From contig BTWA01000003.1 in NCBI GenBank assembly GCA_045863295.1, positions 115,158-179,157 on the forward strand: a stretch of 64,000 nt of DNA, in the 5' to 3' direction. The notes under the pieces were generated by a model. The model was given only the letters and a program-made list of their open reading frames with translations, did not search any database and was not told the DNA's origin. Every line of letters begins with the position of its first letter. Positions within the stretch are counted from its first letter, which is position 1. Of this stretch, positions 47,838 through 57,983 are shown in pieces. This DNA comes from Candidatus Hydrogenedentota bacterium (GTDB lineage Bacteria > Hydrogenedentota > Hydrogenedentia > Hydrogenedentales > SLHB01). Both the position numbers and the translations under genes were made by a program.

Positions 47838-49215
47838 TGTTCCAACGAGGCTGGATACGGAAGAATCCGGTGCGTGGCCCAAACCGGCAGAATACCGTGA
47901 TCTCCGTGGGCTTCGCTTCGGTCACTTTCGCGAGCGCTGCCTCGAACTCTTCAATCGTGGTAACCGGATGCCCCCCGAAATTCATGATAATCATGCCCGC
48001 GCGCAATCCGGCAAGCTGGCCATAACTGCCGGACTCAACCCGCCGGATAATGACGCCTTGAACATCGTTGCTCAAATTGAGCATGAGCCTGACATCCGTC
48101 GTCAGTTCCCGCACAGTCAGCCCAAATACTGTGTCTTCGAATTCCACGGCGTCTCGCGAGGACTTGGGCCGTTCGGTTAACGTCACCGACACGTCCATCG
48201 GCGCACCTTCGCGAAGCAGCTTCACGGGAACAGCTTTGCCGATTCCCGCGTCGCGTATTACCTTGGTAAAGGCCAGGATCTCCCGATCCAGTTTTGCACG
48301 TACAGGAATCTCATTAAATGTCGTGATAACGTCGCCTGCCTGAAGCCCGGCCACGGCGGCCGGCGAGTCGGCAATGACGGTGCTGACCACCACGCCTCCT
48401 TCTTTGGGCAGGTTCCAGTATTCAGCCATGTCATCCGTTAAAGGCTGTGTAAACACGCCGAGAAACGCGTCGTCTTCCTGCGCATCCAGTGTTTCCTTGC
48501 CGGGAGGATTGTCGATGTAGTGTTGAAACAAAGCCGACTGATAGACAAGGGGATGGCCGCTGCGGATGTACAAATCGCCGCCCTCGTTCGTGGAAAGGTC
48601 AAACCCAACCACGCCGACAACATTGCCGGATGCGTTCACCACAGGCCCCCCGACGTAACCGAACACAATCCGTTCGTCGAGGCAATAGGTGCGGCGCGGC
48701 TTTTCAAGCACGGCCGTCACCCGGCGTTCGACAATCGAAGTGGTGTAATCAAGGCTTTCGCCCATCAAACCGATGATCAAGAGCGGTTCGCCCAGATCGA
48801 GGCCGCCCGGCGCAAATCGAACATGCGGCAGATTCAAGGCTTCGTTGGAAACAATCCGAAGAAAGCAGACGTTAATATCCTCCGGTTTCCGAAGCGCCTC
48901 TGCGTCGTATTCGCGCTCGCTTTCCCCTTGCCCTACAACTACCTTGATATTGAACGGCTGGGAATTCTCGAGTTGCATGTGGCCATGCGCCATGACCAGC
49001 CCATCCGCGCTCACGATGAGTCCCGCGGCTCGCGTGTTGCGCTTGCTGACCTGGCCCGACGCCGGATTCGTCACTTCCGACGAATACGTGATCATGCACA
49101 CAGACGGCGCAACTTTGTCGTAACTCGACGCAACAAACTCCTGGGAAAACACTTGCGCACCGCTCACTGCCGCGAGGGCAAGGCATAGGGTCAGTCCGAC
49201 GATGCTACTTCTCAT
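47827..49215 (-). CDS. HtrA/DegP-like trypsin-fold serine protease with two PDZ domains
   Basis: Signal peptide, trypsin-like core and two PDZ-like C-terminal domains (GLQAGDVI, GLRAGMII). Confidence 0.7.
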   Translation of the reverse strand: MRSSIVGLTLCLALAAVSGAQVFSQEFVASSYDKVAPSVCMITYSSEVTNPASGQVSKRNTRAAGLIVSADGLVMAHGHMQLENSQPFNIKVVVGQGESEREYDAEALRKPEDINVCFLRIVSNEALNLPHVRFAPGGLDLGEPLLIIGLMGESLDYTTSIVERRVTAVLEKPRRTYCLDERIVFGYVGGPVVNASGNVVGVVGFDLSTNEGGDLYIRSGHPLVYQSALFQHYIDNPPGKETLDAQEDDAFLGVFTQPLTDDMAEYWNLPKEGGVVVSTVIADSPAAVAGLQAGDVITTFNEIPVRAKLDREILAFTKVIRDAGIGKAVPVKLLREGAPMDVSVTLTERPKSSRDAVEFEDTVFGLTVRELTTDVRLMLNLSNDVQGVIIRRVESGSYGQLAGLRAGMIIMNFGGHPVTTIEEFEAALAKVTEAKPTEITVFCRFGPRTGFFRIQPRWNNGN

Positions 49216-50605
49216 TCAATTGATCTCCCGGCACAGTCGCTGGCACTTCCGCTTGATCCGCGGCGTCCGCCTCGGCTTCTTCTTCGCCTTCTGCCACCTG
49301 CTTCACGAGCACAAATCGAATCAGCGATCCGCGCTTGACCGTCAGCATTGTCAGTTTTGTCTTCTGTTCGACCCGTTGGGTATACATCTCTTTGAAACCG
49401 CTGAGCGAGGGTACTTCCACCCCGTCTACCGTGAGAATGATGTCGCCTTCGCGTAGACCGGCATTGGCCGCCAGCCCGCCCACCTGCACGCCGGACACAT
49501 AAACGCCCTGTCGTGTCGGCAACTGTGCACGCCGCACCATTTCCGGTGTAAGCTCCGCAAGTGTAAACGCCCACTCGCCCAACTCTTCTTCATCGCCACG
49601 CATGTCGCTGCGTTCGATGGTCGTCGCGGGGATATCCACTTCTTCGCCGGCGCGCCGGACTCGAACTTGAGCTTCCGCGCCTACCGGCAAATCCGCGATG
49701 GCCTTTTCAACCGCCGGCAACGCTTCCTCAAATCGGGCGTGTACGGGTGCCCCGTTTAACGCGACAAGGATGTCGCCCGGGCGAATACCCGCATCGGCCG
49801 CCGGCGATAGCGGATCGACGTCGGCAATCACCACACCCTGCACTTTGGGATCGTCCGTAACGCTGGTCATTGGCTGCAACATCAAGCCCAGCCAACTCCG
49901 TATCACCCGCCCGTCCGCGATGATCTCTTCCACCACTTCGCGTGCGATATCCACGGGAATGGCAAACCCAATGTTGTCCGCGCCGCCCAGTTTGCGTGTA
50001 TTGACGCCAACCACCTCGCCGCGCAAGTTGACCAGCGGCCCTCCACTATTGCCCTGGTTGATGGCCGCGTCGGTCTGAATCCACGTGTTGTACGGGGAAA
50101 TCGTCTCCCCGCTTTCGCCCAGATACCGATCGGTCACACTCACAATGCCGCTCGACACGGACCGCGCAAGACCATGGGGACTACCCAGCGCCAGCACTGT
50201 CTGGCCCGTTTGAAGTGACGACGATTTGCCAAACGGCACGGTCGGGAGGTTATTCCGCTCCGACTCGATCTTGAGCACGGCTATATCCGTATAGCGATCG
50301 GTGCCGACAACTTGTGCGTCCACTTCTTCCCGGTTGGACAACACGCATCGGACAAGGTTGCTATCACCGGCAACGTGCTCGTTGGTAACCACGTAACCGT
50401 CACTCGAAATGATAAATCCGCTGCCAAGCACAACCATGCCCTCGCGGCGCCCGCCGGAAAACACTTCCTTCACCGGACGAATATGTACGATGGCTGGAAG
50501 AACGTTATCTTTTGCGCGAATGACCGCGCGTTCCGACGACGACCCCACGGTGGCGCATCCTGCGCCTAGCACGCATAGGGCGAGTACGACCGCTGTTTGT
50601 TTCAA
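49205..50605 (-). CDS. HtrA/DegP family serine protease lipoprotein with two PDZ domains
   Basis: Catalytic triad context TNEHV, DIAVLKI, GNSGGPL. Lipobox LGAGC. Probable TTG start at 50605 with an AAGGAG SD 7 nt upstream. Confidence 0.75.
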   Translation of the reverse strand: MKQTAVVLALCVLGAGCATVGSSSERAVIRAKDNVLPAIVHIRPVKEVFSGGRREGMVVLGSGFIISSDGYVVTNEHVAGDSNLVRCVLSNREEVDAQVVGTDRYTDIAVLKIESERNNLPTVPFGKSSSLQTGQTVLALGSPHGLARSVSSGIVSVTDRYLGESGETISPYNTWIQTDAAINQGNSGGPLVNLRGEVVGVNTRKLGGADNIGFAIPVDIAREVVEEIIADGRVIRSWLGLMLQPMTSVTDDPKVQGVVIADVDPLSPAADAGIRPGDILVALNGAPVHARFEEALPAVEKAIADLPVGAEAQVRVRRAGEEVDIPATTIERSDMRGDEEELGEWAFTLAELTPEMVRRAQLPTRQGVYVSGVQVGGLAANAGLREGDIILTVDGVEVPSLSGFKEMYTQRVEQKTKLTMLTVKRGSLIRFVLVKQVAEGEEEAEADAADQAEVPATVPGDQLNEK

Positions 50606-50844
50606 ACCAATGCTCCTTGCCGTGTGGCGACCGGTTGGCCCCACGCACTCCTGACCAGGCGAAACCATGACCGTCATGGAAGACGCGCCATTATACAGAC
50701 GCGCCCGCACCGGACAAACCATGCCGGGCGGGGTGCTATTCCATTCGTCCAAGCGCTAAAATCATGTCACGGCGAGGCCGGGTCACGCGCGACCCCTGCC
50801 CCGGCCGCAAACCGCCACAGGATACCTTACAACCGGAGCGCACA

Positions 50845-51426
50845 ATGCCTAAGTCCAGCCCAAAACCTGTTTCACGGTGCGAATGGCCGAAGTCCGAGCT
50901 TGATATTCTGTATCACGACACCGAATGGGGCGTCCCCGTGCACGACGACACTCGCCTTTTCGAGGCCTTCACACTCGGTGGCGCGCAGGCAGGCTTGAGT
51001 TGGTCCACCATTCTCAAGCGGCGGGAAGGATATCGCGAAGCGTTCCATCGGTTCGACATCGCCAAAGTCGCCCGCATGGGGCCAAAAGACGTCGAACGCC
51101 TCATGCTCGACACACGAATCATACGAAACCGGTTAAAAATTGAATCCACCTTGACCAACGCCCGTGCGGCCATCAAGGTTATCGAGTCTCACGGATCGCT
51201 CGATCAATATCTGTGGTCGTTTGTCGAAGGGCGACCCATTGTGAACCAATGGAAGTCCTTGAGCGAATTGCCGCCGACTTCGCCCGCCTCCGATGCCATG
51301 AGCAAAGACATGAAAGCGAAGGGGTTTCGGTTTGTGGGGTCCACCATTTGCTACGCGACCATGCAAGGAATCGGCATGATCAACGATCATGTAACGTCGT
51401 GCTTCCGGTACAAAGAACTCCGATGA
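50845..51426 (+). CDS. tag: DNA-3-methyladenine glycosylase I
   Basis: CEWPKSELDILYHDTEWGVPVHDD and the C-terminal Zn-site Cys/His pattern of Tag. Confidence 0.8.
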   Translation: MPKSSPKPVSRCEWPKSELDILYHDTEWGVPVHDDTRLFEAFTLGGAQAGLSWSTILKRREGYREAFHRFDIAKVARMGPKDVERLMLDTRIIRNRLKIESTLTNARAAIKVIESHGSLDQYLWSFVEGRPIVNQWKSLSELPPTSPASDAMSKDMKAKGFRFVGSTICYATMQGIGMINDHVTSCFRYKELR

Positions 51427-52169
51427 ACACGGGTTTTCTGAATCAAGCGGATCATCGCCCATGGCCCATGCCGGATCACCGGTGGGTAATGCGAATGCGC
51501 TGGCACCATCTCCTGTTTATGCATTGGCCTCTTGAGCCCGCGGCTATCCGCGAACGAGTGCCGGCCTGCCTTGAAGTCGATTGTTTCGAAGGGCACGCAT
51601 GGATCGGCGTCGTGCCGTTTGGCATGAGCGACGTGGCATTGCGAAGTCTGCCGCCTTTCCCGGGAGCGGGGACATTTCCCGAAATCAACGTGCGAACCTA
51701 TGTCAAAGTGAACGGAAAACCCGGCGTATACTTCTTTAGCTTGGACGCCGCATCATGGCTTGCAGTGAAGATGGCCCGAGTCACATTCAGACTGCCCTAT
51801 TTTCACGCATCCATCGATCAGCGGAACGAAGCAGGGTCCGTCCGGTACCGGTCGCGCCGATGGAATCCACGAAATCCCAAGGCGAGTTTCGATGCACGGT
51901 ATGGTCCCTCCGGCCCCGTTTACCGAAGCCGGCCTGGTAACCTGGACTACTGGCTGACAGAACGGTATTGCCTCTACACCGTAGACAAGGCAGGACGGGC
52001 TTTTCGGGGCGACATCCATCACATTCCCTGGCCCATTCAGACGGCGCATGCCACGGTGAAGGACAATACCATGCTTGCCCCCCTCGGCCTGCGGGTACCG
52101 GACCTCCCACCCTTGTTGCATTACGCGCACCAACTGGATGTGGTCGCATGGGCCATTCGTCCAGCGTAA
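51423..52169 (+). CDS. DUF2071 (YqjF-like) family protein
   Basis: WHHLLFMHWP...GHAWIGVVPF block. The ATG overlaps the tag stop (ATGA). Confidence 0.65.
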   Translation: MNTGFLNQADHRPWPMPDHRWVMRMRWHHLLFMHWPLEPAAIRERVPACLEVDCFEGHAWIGVVPFGMSDVALRSLPPFPGAGTFPEINVRTYVKVNGKPGVYFFSLDAASWLAVKMARVTFRLPYFHASIDQRNEAGSVRYRSRRWNPRNPKASFDARYGPSGPVYRSRPGNLDYWLTERYCLYTVDKAGRAFRGDIHHIPWPIQTAHATVKDNTMLAPLGLRVPDLPPLLHYAHQLDVVAWAIRPA

Positions 52170-52257
52170 ACCAAAACCTTGCACCGCGCACGGCGCTTCT
52201 CTAGGATAAGCAAACAGTTCGAACGCACGGCGCGTGCGTGACTTGGGAGTCTATACC

Positions 52258-53247
52258 ATGCAGTCGATGAGAACCGGGGCTTTTCTTGCGTTGACATGTG
52301 CCTCCATCGTGCTTTCCTCGTGCAGTGATCCCAACAAAAACAAACTGTATTTCCGGCCCGCAAAGGGCGATTCACGCACGGTGGTCACCGAGTCGAAGAT
52401 GAACATGAAAATGAATCTCATGGGCCAGAGCATGAACGTAACTCACGACCAGTCGCAGCGGCTGGTATTTGACGTCGAAGACGTCTCTCCGGAAGGAATG
52501 GTTACCATCAAGGCCACTTTCGAACGTGGCAAGGTCGCTACGACCAACTCTCTGATGAGCCAGTTGGGGGCGATGACCGGAGGCATGCTTCCCGTGGACG
52601 GCGGCACGGCGGAAGCCAACAAGCTGATTCAGAAGCTGGAAGGCAAGAGCTTTACGGTCAAAGTCGGCCGTGACGGTAAAATGTCCGAAATTTCGGGGCT
52701 GGAGGCGTTAAGCACTGAAATGTTGGCGGGTATGGACACCGCCAGCCCTGCCCAAGCACAGGCCGTGGGATTGGCAAGCGGCATGGTAGATCGCGATACG
52801 TTGCAGCTCGTGCTCCAGAATCTCTTTATCCAGGCACCCGATCTGCCGCTCAAAAACGGAGACACGTTTACCGTCACCGGCTCAAGAGAAGTCGCCGCGA
52901 TGCGAGTCCCGGTGCAATATACCGAGAACTACACTGTCACGGGCTGGGACGACCAGAAGGCGGCCATGTCGGTTACAACCGATACCTCCATCGCCATCTC
53001 CGGCGCCGATGTGGCCAATGCCATGGGGATGGGCGACTCGCCCGCGGGGGGCATGCTGAACATGAGCATGAACCTGAAAGGTACTGCAACGGGCACGCTG
53101 ACAGCGGACCGCGCCACCGGATGGATGACCGTGCGCGACGAGAAAATGAAACTCACCGGCTCGATGGACATCGCCGTGGGCGGACAGAAGATGAATTTGC
53201 CCGTGGACACTGATGTAAACGTACGCGTGGAGACGTTTTCGAAATAG
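52258..53247 (+). CDS. Met-rich lipoprotein of unknown function
   Basis: Lipobox LSSC after signal peptide MQSMRTGAFLALTCASIV. Repeated M-rich segments. Confidence 0.55.
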   Translation: MQSMRTGAFLALTCASIVLSSCSDPNKNKLYFRPAKGDSRTVVTESKMNMKMNLMGQSMNVTHDQSQRLVFDVEDVSPEGMVTIKATFERGKVATTNSLMSQLGAMTGGMLPVDGGTAEANKLIQKLEGKSFTVKVGRDGKMSEISGLEALSTEMLAGMDTASPAQAQAVGLASGMVDRDTLQLVLQNLFIQAPDLPLKNGDTFTVTGSREVAAMRVPVQYTENYTVTGWDDQKAAMSVTTDTSIAISGADVANAMGMGDSPAGGMLNMSMNLKGTATGTLTADRATGWMTVRDEKMKLTGSMDIAVGGQKMNLPVDTDVNVRVETFSK

Positions 53248-53250
53248 CCG

Positions 53251-54291
53251 TTACTTGTCAGGCGACGCCAACATGCCCACGAACACGCGAAAGATGTTCT
53301 GATCGATTTCGTGGCTCATTTCGTCGCGCATAATCGTGAGCGCCTTGTACGTCTGCATGGCCTCTTTATAGGATCGTTTCGTCGTCAGGGCGTCGAACAC
53401 GTCGCAAATCGTGGAAATGCGCACCCATTCCGATATCTTCTTGCCCTGAAGTCCGTCCGGGTATCCATTGCCGTTCAGTTTTTCGTGATGATGCCGCACC
53501 ACATCCAGTGCCATCGGCCCCAATTTCTTTTCGTGCATCAGGATGTCGTATCCATGCACAGGATGCAATCGCATATGCTTCCATTGATCGTCCGTCAGAC
53601 GGCCCTTCGAATTCACGATTTCAGGATCGATACGGCTTTTGCCGATGTCATGCAACAACAACCCTTCGCCAAATTCTCGTAGGAGGGCAGGATCCGTAAG
53701 GCCCATCTTTTGAGCAAGACAGACGCTGTACACATACACGTTTACGCTGTGCGTATACGTGTAATAATCATAGGAAACCAATCCCATCAAATGATGAAAA
53801 GCCCGATTCTCGCTGGCCAAAAACTTGGTCATCTTACCGGCCAATTCCTGGCTCCGTGTCACCAATTCACCCGACCCCGGATTCTCGAATATCCGGCGCA
53901 TTAATCCGGTTGCCGACGAATACAAGACCTTTGATTTGGCCGTAATCGGTACACCTGAATCGCCGAGAATGCTTTCCAGATGCTTTTCGACGTACTGCTG
54001 GTAGACGTCGTGTTCGTCGTCTCGCACCCACATGTGGGAATGGTTCAGCTCCGCCAAACGACCCAATACATCCTGGGTAAAAGGCAGGTGCTTTTCGCGA
54101 AACAATACCGGGGGCAAATCTTCCTGGGTGCGAAGATACAGATCGAAGTTTGTCACCGAATCGACGCGCAGACTCGATATCGGTATTTCGATGTATTTGC
54201 CGCCGGAAATGTGCACTACCCGTGCCACTTCTCCCGTCGGCGCCACTATCACTCGGTCACCCATCGAACTTCCTTCTGCAAAAAGTGACAA
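53251..54291 (-). CDS. HD-GYP domain c-di-GMP phosphodiesterase-like protein
   Basis: HHLMGLV...LLHDIGK...HHEKLNGNGYP motifs of HD-GYP. Confidence 0.75.
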   Translation of the reverse strand: MSLFAEGSSMGDRVIVAPTGEVARVVHISGGKYIEIPISSLRVDSVTNFDLYLRTQEDLPPVLFREKHLPFTQDVLGRLAELNHSHMWVRDDEHDVYQQYVEKHLESILGDSGVPITAKSKVLYSSATGLMRRIFENPGSGELVTRSQELAGKMTKFLASENRAFHHLMGLVSYDYYTYTHSVNVYVYSVCLAQKMGLTDPALLREFGEGLLLHDIGKSRIDPEIVNSKGRLTDDQWKHMRLHPVHGYDILMHEKKLGPMALDVVRHHHEKLNGNGYPDGLQGKKISEWVRISTICDVFDALTTKRSYKEAMQTYKALTIMRDEMSHEIDQNIFRVFVGMLASPDK

Positions 54292-54365
54292 TGCTTTGGG
54301 GGCAGAATTCGTTTCCAGATCCAGGGAGACCCCTGTTCTTGCACCCGCGCATTAGAATACTGTCT

Positions 54366-55475
54366 TTATGTCGGTTTGGCAACCTTGTCAAAGACCGTCG
54401 ACAAGATCGCTTCCACGATCAGATCGGCGGCGTTTGGGTGGGCGATTTGCCGGGCGCAATGCCCCATCAAATGCAGCGACTCCTGATTTCCAAGCAGTCG
54501 GCGGATGGCTGTCTGCAATGCCTCCGCGCTGCATTCGCTTTCCAGCATCAGCATCGCGGCTCCCGCGCGTTCCAACGCGCGCGCATTGTGCTCCTGATGA
54601 TTGTCCGTCGCATGCGGGTAGGGAATAAGGATGGATGGTTTACCCAAACACGCCAATTCCGCCGTGCCTGACGCACCGGAACGGCATACCACCAAATCCG
54701 CTGCCGAGCATGCAACGGCCATGGTATCGATAAAGGCAAAGACATGCACCGGCACAGGCGCGGAATCGGCCGCCTGTCGCGCTACGGCGGCATCCTGCGT
54801 GCCTGTGCCCCATACTATCTGCAACTCATCCCTTTTGAATCGAGGCAGGCATTCCATGATGACACGGTTGATCGACCCCGCACCCTGGCTGCCACCATAC
54901 ACGAGCAGTACCGGCACGTCTTGCCGCAAACCCAGCGCGTCACGAGCCTCTGCCATCGAGGGAGGGGATATAAAATCGGACCGGACCGGATTACCCGTCA
55001 CTTCGGAACGCTCTGCGGGAAATTGGCCCATGGTGTTTGTAAAGCTTAAGAAAATGCGGCTTGCCCGTCGCGCGAGCAATTGATTAGCTACACCCAAACG
55101 CAAGTTCTGTTCGTGCAGAAACGTCGGAAGGCCCATTCGCTGCGCGGCATACACCACCGGCAGCGAAACATAGCCGCCTACACCTAGTACCGCATCCGGT
55201 TGAAAAGTACGAATGTACAAAATGGCTTTACACAGTGACCAGGCCATTTTCACCGTTACCCACAGCTTGCGCAATCCCATGCGGCGGGGCCATCCCTCCA
55301 CCGGCAACGAACGGAACGCAATCGATCGCGCTTTGCAGATGCGCTCCTCGATCGCACCCGCGCGGCCCACCCACTGCACCGACAGACGTGGATCGCGCCG
55401 CTGTAGTTCTTCTATGACCGCCACCGCGGGAAAGGCATGTCCCCCGGTGCCGCCGCCCGTCACCATAATTCGCAT
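54366..55475 (-). CDS. murG: Undecaprenyldiphospho-muramoylpentapeptide beta-N-acetylglucosaminyltransferase
   Basis: MRIMVTGGGTGGHAFPAVAV N-terminus and GT28 architecture. Last gene of the dcw cluster. Confidence 0.85.
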   Translation of the reverse strand: MRIMVTGGGTGGHAFPAVAVIEELQRRDPRLSVQWVGRAGAIEERICKARSIAFRSLPVEGWPRRMGLRKLWVTVKMAWSLCKAILYIRTFQPDAVLGVGGYVSLPVVYAAQRMGLPTFLHEQNLRLGVANQLLARRASRIFLSFTNTMGQFPAERSEVTGNPVRSDFISPPSMAEARDALGLRQDVPVLLVYGGSQGAGSINRVIMECLPRFKRDELQIVWGTGTQDAAVARQAADSAPVPVHVFAFIDTMAVACSAADLVVCRSGASGTAELACLGKPSILIPYPHATDNHQEHNARALERAGAAMLMLESECSAEALQTAIRRLLGNQESLHLMGHCARQIAHPNAADLIVEAILSTVFDKVAKPT

Positions 55476-55492
55476 GGCTGGTTTGCTTTGTG

Positions 55493-56626
55493 TTATGCGG
55501 CAACCGGGCGCCGCGCACTCTCATGCACTTCGCACTGAACCGCAATATTAAACAGTACGCCAACAGACAACATATTGGCTAGCAAGGAAGACCCGCCCTC
55601 GCTGATGAACGGCAGGGCCAAACCCTTGGTGGGAAGTAAACCGGTGACCACCCCCATGTTCAATCCGGCCTGAAGAGTGACCAAAAATACAATACCCGCC
55701 GCCAGCAGAGTGCCGAATGTATCCGGCGCACTCAGTGCAATTCTGCGACCCACCACAAGCAGCGTGACAAATAAAAATACCAGAATGATCGAACCGGCCA
55801 ACCCCATTTCCTCCCCCCAGACCGAAAAAATGAAGTCTGAATGCGCATCCGGAAGAAAATTGAGTTTCTGTTCGCCAGCCCCAAGCCCTTTGCCCCACAT
55901 TGATCCCCGCGCAAACCCGGAGATGGACTCAATCAGTTGCATACCCCCCTCGGACGAACGATATGCCCACGGATCGAACAGAGCTCGCACGCGTTCCAGG
56001 CGATACGGTTCTTGAATAATGGCTGCAATAAATCCCACGATGCCAGGCGTCACTATTAGGCCCAATTGCCAAAGAGGCGCGCCGGCCACAAACAACAGTA
56101 TCATCATGCACGCACCCATAACCACGGGGGTTCCAAGGTCTTGTTGCATGAACACGAGTCCCCCAAACAGTGCGGTCCACAGCACGGCCGGAATAAACAT
56201 CGTAAAGAACCGCACCCCCTTTTCCGAGGAATGCGCCAGCTTGGCCGATAACACGATAATCAATACCAGCTTGGCGAGTTCGGACGCCTGCAACGTGAAC
56301 CCGCCCAAATTGATCCATCTGCGCCCGCCGCGGATTTCTTCGGAAATGAACAGCGTCAATACTAGAAGTCCGATGATCCCGATCACGAGCATGCCTCGAA
56401 CGCCCAAGCGCAAATAATTGTGATAGTCGAACCTCGCGGCAAGTATCATCACGGCGAATCCAACCACCACCTTGATGAGTTGCTCGATCAAGTAGTGCGG
56501 CGACACCGTGCCGTCGAATTCCTTGTTGTCGTACACGTTTACGGAATTCGCGCTGTATACCATCAATGTGCCCAGCAGGATCAAAATGAGCACGACGTTG
56601 AGCAGGATCGTCGTTTCCCGGTTCAT
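55493..56626 (-). CDS. ftsW: FtsW/RodA (SEDS) family peptidoglycan glycosyltransferase
   Basis: Ten-TM SEDS pattern. The ATG at 56626 overlaps the murD stop (ATGA). Confidence 0.8.
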   Translation of the reverse strand: MNRETTILLNVVLILILLGTLMVYSANSVNVYDNKEFDGTVSPHYLIEQLIKVVVGFAVMILAARFDYHNYLRLGVRGMLVIGIIGLLVLTLFISEEIRGGRRWINLGGFTLQASELAKLVLIIVLSAKLAHSSEKGVRFFTMFIPAVLWTALFGGLVFMQQDLGTPVVMGACMMILLFVAGAPLWQLGLIVTPGIVGFIAAIIQEPYRLERVRALFDPWAYRSSEGGMQLIESISGFARGSMWGKGLGAGEQKLNFLPDAHSDFIFSVWGEEMGLAGSIILVFLFVTLLVVGRRIALSAPDTFGTLLAAGIVFLVTLQAGLNMGVVTGLLPTKGLALPFISEGGSSLLANMLSVGVLFNIAVQCEVHESARRPVAA

Positions 56627-57981
56627 GATGCCACCCCTAGACGTTGCATCCGTGCCACGCACTCCTTGAAGACGCGGCCGCGATGTTCAAAATTCTCAAA
56701 CATGTCAAAACTCGCACAAGCGGGCGACAACAACACGGAGTCTCCCGCGGACGCGGCGGCGGCCGCCTTACGCACGGCCTCGTCCATGGACCCCGCATGG
56801 GTCAACGAAACCGCCGCGCCAAACGCCTTTTCCATCTGGAACGCATCGGCACCAATCAGTACAAGGTGCTTGACACGCTCCCGCACGAGATCGGTCAAAA
56901 CGCCGTAATCGGCGCCTTTGCCTTCGCCGCCCGCAATCAGCACGACCGGTTCTTCGAAACTCTCCAATGCCACGCGCAGGCTGTCAATGTTGGTCGATTT
57001 CGAATCGTTGTAGTACTTCACGCCATCCAACACCGCGACATACTCAATGCGATGTTCGACACCGCGAAACGAACGTAACCCCTTGAGCACATCGTCCCAG
57101 GCGAATCCGCCCGCATACATGCACGTTAGCGCGGCCAGCACATTGGACAAATTGTGACGGCCCTTCAGTTGAGTGTCCGTGTGATGGGCCATCGGCTCGT
57201 CGCCAAAAAATATCGTGCCCGCCTTGCTTACCCAGAATCCCGCGTGCAACCGGTTATTGATGCTGAACGACCACTTTATCGACCGGGTTCGGCAGGCCAT
57301 CGCGGCCACGCGCGGATCGTCATAGTTGAACACGGCCGAATCTCCGCTGTGCTGTTTCTCGAAAATGCGCGCCTTGACCGCCGCGTAGGCATCAACGCTG
57401 CCGTGCCGCGCGAGATGGTCGGGAGTCACGTTCAAGACGGAGGCAATCCACGGCCTGAAGGTTTGAACCAATTCCAATTGGTAACTGCTGACCTCCAACA
57501 CCACCATCTCGGGAGCCGGATCCAGCAGCACGGCATCGGAAAACGGCATCTCATTGTTGCCGGCCAATGCAACACGGTATCCGCATGCGGCTACCAGCGA
57601 TCGCAGTAACTCAGTCGTGGTTGTTTTTCCATTCGTGCCCGTAACGGCAATGATCTTCGGACGGCAAAATGGAAACGCCAACTCCAACTCGCTCAGCACA
57701 AGAGCCCCCGACTGCTTCGCCTGTGCAATCAAAGGCAACGCGGGTGGAACACCTGGGCTGGGTATCACGGCAAAGGCATTCTCCGTCGCGCGCGGCGTGT
57801 GCCCGCCGCATTCAAATGCCACCCCGGTTGCGCGCAACGCCTCTTTGAAAGGCTGTAACTTAGCGTCATCCCGGCTTTCCGTGACAAAGGGTTCCGCACC
57901 CTCTCGCAACAAAAGACGTACGGCGGCAAGGGCAGTCCTGCCCAAGCCGACAACGGTCACTCTTTTGCCGCGCAAATTCAT
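56623..57981 (-). CDS. murD: UDP-N-acetylmuramoylalanine--D-glutamate ligase
   Basis: VTVVGLGRTALAAVRLL and GTNGKTTT P-loop. GAGGT SD upstream of the ATG at 57981. Confidence 0.85.
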   Translation of the reverse strand: MNLRGKRVTVVGLGRTALAAVRLLLREGAEPFVTESRDDAKLQPFKEALRATGVAFECGGHTPRATENAFAVIPSPGVPPALPLIAQAKQSGALVLSELELAFPFCRPKIIAVTGTNGKTTTTELLRSLVAACGYRVALAGNNEMPFSDAVLLDPAPEMVVLEVSSYQLELVQTFRPWIASVLNVTPDHLARHGSVDAYAAVKARIFEKQHSGDSAVFNYDDPRVAAMACRTRSIKWSFSINNRLHAGFWVSKAGTIFFGDEPMAHHTDTQLKGRHNLSNVLAALTCMYAGGFAWDDVLKGLRSFRGVEHRIEYVAVLDGVKYYNDSKSTNIDSLRVALESFEEPVVLIAGGEGKGADYGVLTDLVRERVKHLVLIGADAFQMEKAFGAAVSLTHAGSMDEAVRKAAAAASAGDSVLLSPACASFDMFENFEHRGRVFKECVARMQRLGVAS

Positions 57982-57983
57982 GC

